The notes under the pieces are model-generated. The model was not told where the DNA came from, did not search any database, and was given only the letters and a program-made list of their open reading frames with translations. DNA of 64,000 bases from an uncultured Planctomycetia bacterium (GTDB taxonomy: Bacteria > Omnitrophota > Gorgyraeia > Duberdicusellales > 4484-171), in contig CAZAYU010000001.1 in assembly GCA_964489445.1 (NCBI GenBank), positions 442,480 to 506,479 on the forward strand. Direction: 5' to 3'. The stretch's first letter is position 1; every line of letters starts with the position of its first letter. Shown one piece after another: positions 29,731-39,031 of this stretch. The translations under genes and the position numbers were made by a program.

Positions 29731-29770
29731 ATTATCCATCTTCCACCTTGAAGGTGGCAATTGGTTTTTC
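29731..29770 (-). repeat. 40-nt palindromic-core repeat, copy A, between pgsA and pgpA
   Basis: Sequence ATTATCCATCTTCCACCTTGAAGGTGGCAATTGGTTTTTC. It differs from copies B and C only by two single-T indels and contains the palindrome CCACCTTGAAGGTGG. Confidence 0.6.
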
Positions 29771-29774
29771 CAAT

Positions 29775-30341
29775 TTAAAACGTTCGAATTGACCGACGAT
29801 TTGCCCAGAAATAATAAATTCCAGAGTATAAAGTTATAGCCACGATGTACCACATCAAAATCGGAATAAGTGTTTGTTGCAAAAAATAAACTGCCCGGCT
29901 TCCAGGAAAAATCCTAGACAAAATAAGTGAAATTAGAATCATAAAAGCTCCAATAATCTGAGAAAGAGTCTTATGCTTTCCCAAGCTTCTTGCTTCTAAA
30001 ACTACTCCCTTATTTAGGCTATACAATCGCAACCCAGTAACTACAAATTCTCTGAGCATTATCACACTGACCATCCAGGCATTAATAATTCCTAATTGCA
30101 AAAAAGCACAAAACACCCCGATGATTAATATCTTATCAGCAATCGGATCTAAAAGCTTCCCTAAGTCCGAAGTTAAGTTATGCTTTCTAGCTAAAAATCC
30201 ATCAAAAAAGTCAGTTACCGAAGCAAGCGAAAAAACTACAAGAGCTAGTATAGTCGATAAAAAACTATTCTTTATAATCAGTCCAATACAGATAAATGCT
30301 AGTAATATTCGTAAAATAGTCAGCTTATTAGGAGTATTCAT
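29775..30341 (-). CDS. pgsA: CDP-diacylglycerol--glycerol-3-phosphate 3-phosphatidyltransferase
   Basis: DFFDGFLARKHNLTSDLGKLLDPIADK motif is present, and the protein is 188 aa. Confidence 0.85.
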   Translation of the reverse strand: MNTPNKLTILRILLAFICIGLIIKNSFLSTILALVVFSLASVTDFFDGFLARKHNLTSDLGKLLDPIADKILIIGVFCAFLQLGIINAWMVSVIMLREFVVTGLRLYSLNKGVVLEARSLGKHKTLSQIIGAFMILISLILSRIFPGSRAVYFLQQTLIPILMWYIVAITLYSGIYYFWANRRSIRTF

Positions 30342-30460
30342 ATTTACTTAATTAGTTAAATATTTAGTTTTTTACTATACATACACTATGAAATTCAAAA
30401 ACCAGATAACAAAAGACAATTATTTGCTTCTTATTCTTCCTCTATTATTCATATTTTTCA

Positions 30461-31732
30461 CTACTCGGCAATTAAATCATACTCCATCGCCTCAGTAATT
30501 TTTACTTTGTAAAAATTTCCCAGTTTTAGTCCTTTGCGTTTTATAAAAACTTCGCCATCGACATCTAAAGCATCATGCTCGGTTCTTCCGATAAACATCC
30601 CGCTCTCCTTACATTCAACTAAAACATTGATATCTTTACCAACAAAACGGCTATTTAATTTTTGCGATATCTTTTTTTGCTGTACCATTATTTGCCTAAA
30701 GCGTCTTTGTTTAGTGCTAAAATGCACCTGTCCGGGAAAATTAAAAGCTTTTGTGCCTTCTTCACGAGAATAAATAAATACACCCAAACGTTGAAATTCT
30801 ACCTGTTTTAAAAAAGTTAACAACTCTTGAAACTGCTCTTCGCTTTCACCAGGAAACCCAACAATTACTGATGTTCTTATCGCACAACCAGGAATACTTT
30901 TCCTTATCTTCTTAATTAGCTCAACAATATCCTGTTTAGTTGTGCCCCGATTCATCTTTTTAAGAATTTTATCATTTATATGCTGAATAGGCAAATCAAT
31001 ATATTTACATATTCGTCTTTCCTTGGCTATTAGCCCAATTAAAGAGTCGGAAAAATGTTTAGGATGAGCGTATATTAATCTTATCCAAGGTATATTCTTA
31101 GTTTCTCTTAAAATTTGTTTCAATAAACTTGGCAAGTTACAATTACCACTTAATTCCTTTCCCCAGGCAGTAATATCCTGGCCAATAATATTTAATTCTT
31201 TTATCCCTGTTTTATCTAAAGCTTTTACTTCTTTAATTACCTCTTTAGCTGGTCTGGTACTTATCGACCCTTTAATTAGCGGAATTGCGCAAAAACTACA
31301 ATTGTTCATGCACCCTTCACAGATTTTTAAAAATTCAATAAACGGAAGAGACATTTTTTTTCTTGCCGAAGCTTGAGTAGAAAAATCAACAAGCATCTGC
31401 CATCTATCAACCTCTGGGAATGATTTTTCCAACTCTTTTTGGTAACGCTTCACTAAGCATCCAAAGACTAATATTTCTTTAACTCTACCTTTTCTTTTTA
31501 AACGAATTGCCTCTTCAATAGCCGCTAACGATTCTTCTTTTGCTGCTTTAATAAACCCACATGTATTTATCGCCAAAAGGCTGTAAACTTCTTTCCCTTT
31601 TCCGTTAATTTCTGCATCTTGAGAAAAATAGCGGTATCCCTGCGACGATAATTTATAAGCGATAACTTCCGAATCATAGTTATTCCGAAAGCATCCTAAA
31701 GAAACAATAGAAAATGTCTTTTTCTTTCCCAT
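30461..31732 (-). CDS. rimO: Radical-SAM methylthiotransferase of the MiaB/RimO family, probably RimO
   Basis: An MTTase N-domain, the radical SAM motif CEGCMNNCSFC and a TRAM domain are present. The length of 423 aa fits RimO. Confidence 0.7.
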   Translation of the reverse strand: MGKKKTFSIVSLGCFRNNYDSEVIAYKLSSQGYRYFSQDAEINGKGKEVYSLLAINTCGFIKAAKEESLAAIEEAIRLKRKGRVKEILVFGCLVKRYQKELEKSFPEVDRWQMLVDFSTQASARKKMSLPFIEFLKICEGCMNNCSFCAIPLIKGSISTRPAKEVIKEVKALDKTGIKELNIIGQDITAWGKELSGNCNLPSLLKQILRETKNIPWIRLIYAHPKHFSDSLIGLIAKERRICKYIDLPIQHINDKILKKMNRGTTKQDIVELIKKIRKSIPGCAIRTSVIVGFPGESEEQFQELLTFLKQVEFQRLGVFIYSREEGTKAFNFPGQVHFSTKQRRFRQIMVQQKKISQKLNSRFVGKDINVLVECKESGMFIGRTEHDALDVDGEVFIKRKGLKLGNFYKVKITEAMEYDLIAE

Positions 31733-31789
31733 ATTTGTTTATCAAATTTTTTATTTGCAACTTCTGATTATAAATTTTTTTGGCTGGAT

Positions 31790-32539
31790 CTATTTGTCTA
31801 CTGAAATTCCCGAAGACGTAATTTTGAGACTTTTAATTGGTTTCGGTGTAGAAGCAAGCTTAGGGATCGACTTTCCGTTTACCTCTAAGTCTATCGCTGA
31901 ACCGTCATTAATTTTTAATTCTATCTCTTTATCTCCAAGCCACGTTTCAATATCACCTTGATGCAAAAAACCTTTGAATGCCACTTTTCCATCAGAGAAT
32001 ACACTTAAGTAACACTCCTTTTTAGCACTAACAATAACTGATATTCCCTGCTCTTCATCTATTGCCAAAGAAGGAATTGGTTTATTTATTTGTTCTACTT
32101 TTTCGACCGGTTTCTTCTTAAAGAATAAGGAAATCTTACTTACTAAAAATCTAGTCGCACTTAAAAAACTCCAAAGCAAAATTATCCCCAGCAAAATAAC
32201 GACCGCTTTTCTTTTAGTCTCTGGAGAAATCTTGCCCCATGATTTAACTATTACTTTAAAAAATTTTTTGTTACGGTCTGATTTTATTTTTTTAGGTTTA
32301 GATTCTAAAAATGAAACCTGGGCTATTTCTTCTAATGAATTTTCTAAATCGATATTTAAAAACTTTGCGTAGATTCTTAAAAATCCTTTGATGTAAGCAG
32401 GATTAATATTCTCGAGCATGCCTTCCTCAATATCTTTAATAACTGAAGGGTAAAGTTTTGTTTTTTCGACTGTGTATTCAAGGCTATAGCCTAACTCCTT
32501 GCGCTTATCTTTTATTTTTTGGCAAATTTCACCGATCAC
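31790..32539 (-). CDS. RodZ-like HTH (XRE) domain membrane protein
   Basis: An N-terminal HTH is followed by a basic linker, a single TM segment (VVILLGIILLWSFL) and a C-terminal periplasmic domain. Confidence 0.5.
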   Translation of the reverse strand: MIGEICQKIKDKRKELGYSLEYTVEKTKLYPSVIKDIEEGMLENINPAYIKGFLRIYAKFLNIDLENSLEEIAQVSFLESKPKKIKSDRNKKFFKVIVKSWGKISPETKRKAVVILLGIILLWSFLSATRFLVSKISLFFKKKPVEKVEQINKPIPSLAIDEEQGISVIVSAKKECYLSVFSDGKVAFKGFLHQGDIETWLGDKEIELKINDGSAIDLEVNGKSIPKLASTPKPIKSLKITSSGISVDK

Positions 32540-34752
32540 TCTAACCCCCTTTCAGCTAAAAATCCTTGCGGATCTACTAATATCTCCCGAGCTTTGCTAC
32601 CACAAAAAGGACCAACGATATCTGCCTGCTCCATTAAATCCAATAATCGAGCTGCACGAGTATATCCTACTCGCATTCGTCGTTGCAAAAGCGACGCAGA
32701 AGCCTGACGAGTATTCAGAATTATTTTAACTGCGTCATCAAACAATTCATCACTTCCCATATCTAATAATTGTTTTTTCTCTCCCTCAGCAATTGCTTTT
32801 TCGTATACCGGGCCACCTTGCTCTCTAGCAAAATTAGCGAGAGATTCAATATCTTCATCATCAATGTATGAACCCTGAGCCCGAATAAGCTTAATCGCTC
32901 CTGGTTTCAAAAACAACAAATCACCTTTCCCTAAAAGCTTTTCAGCTCCCATAACATCTAAAACAGTACGAGAATCAACTTTAGAAGCAACCTTAAAAGA
33001 TATTCTAGCCGGAAAATTCGCTTTAATTACTCCAGTAATTACATCTACTGAAGGACGCTGAGTTGCTAAGACAAGATGAATACCTACCGCACGCGAAAGC
33101 TGAGCTAACCGCTGAATAGTAGTCTCAATGCTATCCCTGGCAACTATCATTAAATCAGCTAGTTCATCAACGATAATCACAATGTAAGGCATTTTGTTGC
33201 CTTTTCCATTATACAAACTAATATTACGACATCCAGCAGCGGCTAGAATTTTATACCTTCTTCCCATTTCTTCTGCCGCCCAATTTAAAGCAAAAAACGC
33301 CTTCTTTGAATCAGAAATAATCGGATGAATTAAATGCGGAATGCCAGCAAAAGAAGCAAGCTCAACCATCTTAGGATCAACCATAATAAATTGAACTTCA
33401 TCCGGTTTAGCCTTAAAAAGTATCGAAGAAATTAAAGAATTAACACACACTGTTTTTCCCGCTCCAGTAGCTCCAGCAATTAACAAATGAGGCATATCAC
33501 CTAAATCAGCAACAACAGGATTTCCGGAAACATCTTTTCCGATAATAACTGTAAGCTTTGATTTCGGCTCGGTGAACACTTTCTCTTCCAGGACCTCTCT
33601 TAAAAAAACCATTTGTTTTATCGAATTAGGAATTTCTACCCCTATTGTGCCTCTGCCGGGAATCGGAGCAACCACTCTTACTAAGGATGACTTCATTGAC
33701 AAAGCAATGTCATCCGCCAACGAAGAAATTCTATTTATTTTAGTTCCGGATTGCGGCTCCAGCTCATACATTGTCACTACTGGCCCTTTTTGAACACGAA
33801 CTACTTTTGCTTCTACACCAAAATCAGCAAGAGCATTCTCTAGCTGTTTAATTTTCCCTTCTATATTCTCCTTAGTTTCCTTTTGGTCGGAAAAAGGAGG
33901 AATCTTCACAATAGAAGAATTCGGTATCTTATAATTACGCGAATCAAACGGATGAGCTGGTTTAGCTTCTAGGTCATTTATCTTTTCTTTAGCCTGCTCC
34001 TTACTAATTGCCTGCTCCTTAAAGGAATCTAAGGGAAGCTCACTGTTGTTTTTCGGAGAATGATTAAATTTAGGTGCGTACACCTTAATTTCCGGTTTCA
34101 ATTCTTTTAAATTTTTACGAGAGTTTCCTTTAATTTCTTTCTGTTTTCTTGTAAGCCCAAGACTCTGAGTTTCAACATTCTTTCTTTCTTTTCTATCCTT
34201 GATAAACTCGATAGATCTAAAGAATAAAGATTTTACTCCACGAAAAGAATCAACAAAGAAGAAACCAAAAAATAAAACCGCATTGACCATCATCAACAAT
34301 AAAAAAGTGATAAATGCTCCATACACTCCTAAATATTTCTTAAAAAATTCGGAAAGAAAAAAACCAAGCCCTCCAGCCTGAAACATCTCTACGTCTCCAG
34401 CAGAAGCACGAAATAAACTTATAAATCCAGAAAGAAAAACCATAAAAAGTAAAAAAGACAAAACATTGATCACTTTACTTTTAGATAGTCCACAAAATCT
34501 TAAAAGCCCTAGCTTTCCCAGCCCACTGAATAATAAGAAAAATGGTATAAAATAAGCTGCCCATCCAAACATAAAAAATAGAAAGAATGCTAAATGAGCC
34601 CCTCCCACACCAATTAAATTAGATACACCTGGGGAAAATCCTGAGGCAAGGAAAGGTATGTCTTCGGGGTTATAGGAAATTAAGCTTAGAAATGTTAAAA
34701 GAGAGGTAAGAAAAAAAACGATACTCTCAAGAAGTAAAGAGAGGCGCTTCAT
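32536..34752 (-). CDS. ftsK: DNA translocase FtsK
   Basis: N-terminal TM segments are followed by a linker, the motor domain (Walker A GATGAGKT) and the C-terminal gamma winged helix. Confidence 0.9.
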   Translation of the reverse strand: MKRLSLLLESIVFFLTSLLTFLSLISYNPEDIPFLASGFSPGVSNLIGVGGAHLAFFLFFMFGWAAYFIPFFLLFSGLGKLGLLRFCGLSKSKVINVLSFLLFMVFLSGFISLFRASAGDVEMFQAGGLGFFLSEFFKKYLGVYGAFITFLLLMMVNAVLFFGFFFVDSFRGVKSLFFRSIEFIKDRKERKNVETQSLGLTRKQKEIKGNSRKNLKELKPEIKVYAPKFNHSPKNNSELPLDSFKEQAISKEQAKEKINDLEAKPAHPFDSRNYKIPNSSIVKIPPFSDQKETKENIEGKIKQLENALADFGVEAKVVRVQKGPVVTMYELEPQSGTKINRISSLADDIALSMKSSLVRVVAPIPGRGTIGVEIPNSIKQMVFLREVLEEKVFTEPKSKLTVIIGKDVSGNPVVADLGDMPHLLIAGATGAGKTVCVNSLISSILFKAKPDEVQFIMVDPKMVELASFAGIPHLIHPIISDSKKAFFALNWAAEEMGRRYKILAAAGCRNISLYNGKGNKMPYIVIIVDELADLMIVARDSIETTIQRLAQLSRAVGIHLVLATQRPSVDVITGVIKANFPARISFKVASKVDSRTVLDVMGAEKLLGKGDLLFLKPGAIKLIRAQGSYIDDEDIESLANFAREQGGPVYEKAIAEGEKKQLLDMGSDELFDDAVKIILNTRQASASLLQRRMRVGYTRAARLLDLMEQADIVGPFCGSKAREILVDPQGFLAERGLE

Positions 34753-34761
34753 TTTAATATA

Positions 34762-36894
34762 TTAGGTATTGCTTCCACCTTCTTCTGCAGACACAGAATT
34801 AGACTCACCAGATATATTGGCCTGTTTTAGGCTAAGTCGAATTTTTCCCTGAGGATCAATGCCGATTACTTTAGCGCGAAGCATATCACCCTCTTTTAAG
34901 AATGCATTCACGTCTTTTACGAATCCTTCGGCTAATTCTGAAACATGAACTAATCCGCTTTTACCCGGAGCAATCTCACAAAAAGCGCCAAAACTAACTA
35001 TCCGCTCTACTCGAACTTCATATATCTGACCAATTTCAACGTCTTTAACCAAATTCATTATTTGCTTTACTGCACATTCTAAGCCTTCTGTTGTCTCTCC
35101 GGCTACAGAAACTACGCTTGTTTCATCATCAATATCAATGTTAACATTATTTTCTCTTTGTATTCTTTTGATTATTTTACCACCCGGGCCAATAATTGCT
35201 CCGATTTTATCCGGATTAACTGCAAATGATTTAATTTTAGGAGCATAGTCTGAAAGAGCTTCTCGAGATGAGCTAATCGCTTCTTTCATTTTATCCAAAA
35301 TAAATAATCTTGCTTCTTTACCACGAATTAAAGTCTCCTCAATAATTTGAAAAGTCAATCCGTCAATCTTGGTATCCAGCTGAATAGCAGTTATCCCTTG
35401 CCTTGTTCCCGCTATCTTAAAATCCATATCACCATAATGATCTTCTGCACCGGCAATATCAGTAAGAATTTTGTATTTCTCTCCGCCGGTAACTAAACCA
35501 ATGGCGATGCCGGCTACCGGTTCTTTTAAGGGAACTCCTGCATCCATTAGTGATAAAGACCCTGCACAAACAGTAGCCATCGACGAAGAACCATTTGATT
35601 CTAATATTTCGGAAACTATTCTAATCGTATAAGGAAAATCTTCTTTAGATGGAATTACTGACAAAAGAGCTTTTTCTGCTAAAGCCCCATGGCCGATATC
35701 CCTTCGAGAAGGGCCACGCATAAATTTTACTTCTCCCACGCTAAACGGAGGAAAACTGTAATGAAGCGTAAAATGTTTATAACTTTTCCCTTCCAAGGAC
35801 TCAATAGCTTGCTCGTCAGAGCTTGCTCCTAGGGTCACTACTGATAAAGACTGTGTTTGCCCCCGCGTAAAAACAGCTGATCCGTGAGTCCGTGGTAAAA
35901 CACCAACCATACAATCTAAAGATCGAATATCCGAAATACCACGCCCATCAGGACGTTTTTCGTCTTCTAAGATTTTTCTCCGCAATACTTCTTCTCCAAG
36001 TAAATCAAAAACAGCTTTAATCTTTCTTTCGGTAATTTCTGAATCTTCAGTAATTATTTTCTCAGATACCTCAGCTATTAAGTTTTCTTTGGCTTGATTC
36101 TTTTCTTCTTTTCCAGAAAGCTGGTAAATTTCTTCTAATTTTGCTCCCACTAAAGGTTTAACTTGATTAATCAATTCTTCGTCTATCTTTTTTAAGGGAA
36201 CTTCTTTTTTTTCTTTTCCTTCTTTTGTCTTTAGTTCTTCTTGAAGGTTAATTATCTTATTAATAAAGGGATGGGCAAACTTTATAGCTTCTAAAACCTC
36301 TTGCTCCTCTATTCCGGTAAGCTCACCCTCAAGCATTACTATTTTTTCACCGGTTCCCACCACTACTAAATCCATAGTTGAATTGTTTCTTTGTTCATAA
36401 GTAGGATTAATCGTTAATTCTCCGTTAACTTTAGAAACTCGAACAGCTCCCACCGGATTCTTAAACGGAATATCAGAAATAATTAACGCACAGCTTGCAG
36501 CGTTAATCGCTAAAACATCAGGATCATTCTCTCCATCGCTAGATAAAACCATAGCGACAACCTGAACTTCATTAGTCATCCCTTGAGGAAAAAGCGGACG
36601 TAGCGGACGATCAATCAGGCGCGCGGTAAGAATTTCTTTATCTCTAGGCCTTCCTTCTTTTTTGAAAAAACCACCAGGAATCTTACCCATTGAATAGGTT
36701 TTCTCCTGATACTCAACCATCAGCGGAAAGAAATCTCTCTCTACTAGAGAATTACCAGACATACAAGCAGTAACCAGCACCATGGTGTCTCCGTAAGAAA
36801 TACAAACACTGCCATTAGCCTGCTTGGCCCATTGCCCTGTAGAAAAAGTAAGCTTACTTTTTCCTAAATCGGAAATAGATAAAGAATTAGCCAT
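34762..36894 (-). CDS. pnp: Polyribonucleotide nucleotidyltransferase (PNPase)
   Basis: Two RNase PH domains plus KH and S1 domains span 710 aa, and the gene lies downstream of rpsO. Confidence 0.95.
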   Translation of the reverse strand: MANSLSISDLGKSKLTFSTGQWAKQANGSVCISYGDTMVLVTACMSGNSLVERDFFPLMVEYQEKTYSMGKIPGGFFKKEGRPRDKEILTARLIDRPLRPLFPQGMTNEVQVVAMVLSSDGENDPDVLAINAASCALIISDIPFKNPVGAVRVSKVNGELTINPTYEQRNNSTMDLVVVGTGEKIVMLEGELTGIEEQEVLEAIKFAHPFINKIINLQEELKTKEGKEKKEVPLKKIDEELINQVKPLVGAKLEEIYQLSGKEEKNQAKENLIAEVSEKIITEDSEITERKIKAVFDLLGEEVLRRKILEDEKRPDGRGISDIRSLDCMVGVLPRTHGSAVFTRGQTQSLSVVTLGASSDEQAIESLEGKSYKHFTLHYSFPPFSVGEVKFMRGPSRRDIGHGALAEKALLSVIPSKEDFPYTIRIVSEILESNGSSSMATVCAGSLSLMDAGVPLKEPVAGIAIGLVTGGEKYKILTDIAGAEDHYGDMDFKIAGTRQGITAIQLDTKIDGLTFQIIEETLIRGKEARLFILDKMKEAISSSREALSDYAPKIKSFAVNPDKIGAIIGPGGKIIKRIQRENNVNIDIDDETSVVSVAGETTEGLECAVKQIMNLVKDVEIGQIYEVRVERIVSFGAFCEIAPGKSGLVHVSELAEGFVKDVNAFLKEGDMLRAKVIGIDPQGKIRLSLKQANISGESNSVSAEEGGSNT

Positions 36895-36897
36895 ATG

Positions 36898-37161
36898 TTA
36901 TTTTATACCGAGTTCTTTGGCGACTTCTGCGAAACCTTGAGAATCCTTTTCCTTAAAGTAGGTGACGAGACGCCGACGCCGGCCAACAAGAATCAGAAGG
37001 CCACGGCGAGAATTAAAATCTTTCTTATGTATCTTTAAATGCTCAGTAAGATAGGTTATCCTGTCAGTAAGCAAAGCAATTTGGACAGCTGCTGAGCCAG
37101 TATCCTCAATATGCTCTTTGAATTTTTCGATAATTTCTTTTTTCTTTGCCTTACTTACCAT
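36898..37161 (-). CDS. rpsO: 30S ribosomal protein S15
   Basis: An 87-aa protein with S15 motifs (GSAAVQIALLTDRITYLTEHLK, LVGRRRRLL). Confidence 0.95.
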   Translation of the reverse strand: MVSKAKKKEIIEKFKEHIEDTGSAAVQIALLTDRITYLTEHLKIHKKDFNSRRGLLILVGRRRRLVTYFKEKDSQGFAEVAKELGIK

Positions 37162-37280
37162 GATTTGTATATATAATACTACGCTTATTCAATCTGTCAA
37201 CACCCTTTAAATAATTTGGATTACCCAAAAACAAGGCGTGGTTTACTTAATAGTCACTCTTTATCCTTAAAGCAAAAGAT

Positions 37281-37308
37281 ATTATAACAGGATATTAGGA
37301 AAGGTCAA
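37281..37308 (-). promoter_or_regulatory. Candidate sigma70 promoter for rpsO-pnp, with a leader of about 110 nt
   Basis: The minus-sense strand reads TTGACC, then a 16-nt spacer, then TATAAT. A second TTGACA-17-TATTAT lies nearer the ATG. Confidence 0.35.
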
Positions 37309-37377
37309 TATCAATAAAAAATATTTATTTTTACCTTAATTCCTATCTTTTAAATAGAAATTTCCAGAATCAATCGC

Positions 37378-38685
37378 TTATAAAAGATACATATCCTCTG
37401 CCTCTTTTAGCAAGTGCTCCCGAAATTTAGGATGAGCAATGCTAATAATTGCCAACGCCCTTTCTTTGGTTGATTTTCCTTTTAAATTAACTACGCCATA
37501 TTCAGTAACCAAATAATGAGTGTCAGCCCGAGGAGTAGTTATCACCGCACCCTCTTTAAAGCGCGGAACTATCCGAGATATTTCTCCTCCCTTAGCTGTA
37601 GAATAAAAAGCTAATATAGACTTTCCACCTGGAGAATCAAATGCCCCACGGACAAAATCAAGCTGACCACCGGTACCGCTAAACGTACTTCCGTCTAAAG
37701 ATTCTGCATTAGCCTGCCCCAATAAATCAATCTCTAGAACTGAATTAATTGAAACCATATTATTATTCTTAGCAATTACTGCCGGCAAACAAACATAAGA
37801 AGCAGAATAACTTTCCATGCTTGGATTGTTATTCATAAAATCATACATCTTTTTAGTTCCTCCGGCTGTTGTATACACATGCTTCATAGGATGTAACTTT
37901 TTCTTACGTCCGGTAATTACTCCTTTTTTTATTAAATCAATCATCCCATCTGTTAGCAGCTCAGTATGAATTCCTAAATCCTTATGCTTTGTAAGATAAC
38001 GTGTAACCGCATTAGGTAGTCCTCCTATTCCCAGCTGAATGGTTGCACCATTGGGAATCATCTCTGCCAAACAAGGGCCGATAATTTCATCTTCCGGTTT
38101 AGGTTGAGGTGGTTTTAATTCTAAAAGCGGAACATGATTTTCAACTACCGCATCTACTTCAGAAATATGCAAAAGAGATTCGCCGAAAACGCGCGGCATA
38201 TTTTCATTTACTTCTACAATGAGCCTTCGGCAATGTCTAGCTGCAGTAGAAGTGGCATCGTTAGCCGTACCAAAGGTAAAATAACCATAATCATCCATTG
38301 GAGATACAGTAGTAACTGCTGTATCTATTTCCATAAAATCCTTGCACATCCTCGGAACCTGATGAAGATAAGACGGTACATAGTAATTAAGCCCTGTCCT
38401 AACTAACCCTCTCTCCGCACTTCCAACAAACCAAGAATAGCCTTCAATACAATCACATAGTCCTGGATCAAACACTGTTTTCATGGCGTGTTCTAAAGGA
38501 AGAAATGCATAAATTTTAATCTTCTTCAAATTACCTTCCCTGGCTCGGTTAGCAATAGCTTCTAATAAAGCCGGAGGCTGAGCAACACTCATTCCACAAA
38601 CAACAGTTTCTCCATTATTAATTCCAGATACAGCTTTTGAGGGAGAAGTTAATTTTTTCTGATATTCAGAAACAAAAAAGCTCAT
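37378..38685 (-). CDS. Acetyl-CoA hydrolase/transferase family protein (4-hydroxybutyrate / short-chain acyl-CoA:acetate CoA-transferase-like)
   Basis: A 435-aa AcetylCoA_hydro/transferase fold is present on the basis of overall similarity. Confidence 0.75.
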   Translation of the reverse strand: MSFFVSEYQKKLTSPSKAVSGINNGETVVCGMSVAQPPALLEAIANRAREGNLKKIKIYAFLPLEHAMKTVFDPGLCDCIEGYSWFVGSAERGLVRTGLNYYVPSYLHQVPRMCKDFMEIDTAVTTVSPMDDYGYFTFGTANDATSTAARHCRRLIVEVNENMPRVFGESLLHISEVDAVVENHVPLLELKPPQPKPEDEIIGPCLAEMIPNGATIQLGIGGLPNAVTRYLTKHKDLGIHTELLTDGMIDLIKKGVITGRKKKLHPMKHVYTTAGGTKKMYDFMNNNPSMESYSASYVCLPAVIAKNNNMVSINSVLEIDLLGQANAESLDGSTFSGTGGQLDFVRGAFDSPGGKSILAFYSTAKGGEISRIVPRFKEGAVITTPRADTHYLVTEYGVVNLKGKSTKERALAIISIAHPKFREHLLKEAEDMYLL

Positions 38686-38722
38686 AATTTTACTCCTTTA
38701 TTCTAAAAGCAGTGCCTGCTAA

Positions 38723-38941
38723 TTACTCTTTTTTTTCAGAAATATTTTCAAATTCTTTAACGATCTTTTTAACTTCTAGCTCTGTTGACTCAATCTTCTC
38801 CCGGCAAATCCTTATTAGCTCTACTGCCCGTTTTGTTTTTACCGACACCTCATCAACTCCGGTTTTTTCTGATTCTAAGCCCTCTAATATTTCGTTCAAC
38901 TCTTCAATTGCTTCAGTATATTTTACCTCTTTTTTTGCCAT
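38723..38941 (-). CDS. xseB: Exodeoxyribonuclease VII small subunit
   Basis: MAKKEVKYTEAIEELNEILEGLESEKTGVDE... is a 72-aa protein that starts at the internal ATG with SD AAGGAGG. The upstream 25 codons in the ORF track are a spurious read-through of repeat B. Confidence 0.75.
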   Translation of the reverse strand: MAKKEVKYTEAIEELNEILEGLESEKTGVDEVSVKTKRAVELIRICREKIESTELEVKKIVKEFENISEKKE

Positions 38942-38959
38942 TTTTTCCTCCTTAATGAG

Positions 38960-38999
38960 ATTATTCCATCTTCCACCTTGAAGGTGGCAATTTGGTTTT
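38960..38999 (-). repeat. 40-nt palindromic-core repeat, copy B, 18 nt upstream of the xseB start
   Basis: Sequence ATTATTCCATCTTCCACCTTGAAGGTGGCAATTTGGTTTT, identical over 40 nt to copy C. Confidence 0.65.
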
Positions 39000-39031
39000 C
39001 CCCTTGCGAATAGCATTTTTATTATTAAATT

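Noticed and set aside
38942-39016. A 25-codon N-terminal extension of the xseB ORF in the six-frame track (MLFARGKPNCHLQGGRWNNLIKEEK)
   Set aside because: It is the translation of the 40-nt repeat (copy B). The internal ATG at 38941 has a proper AAGGAGG SD and gives a canonical 72-aa XseB, so I treat the extension as non-coding.
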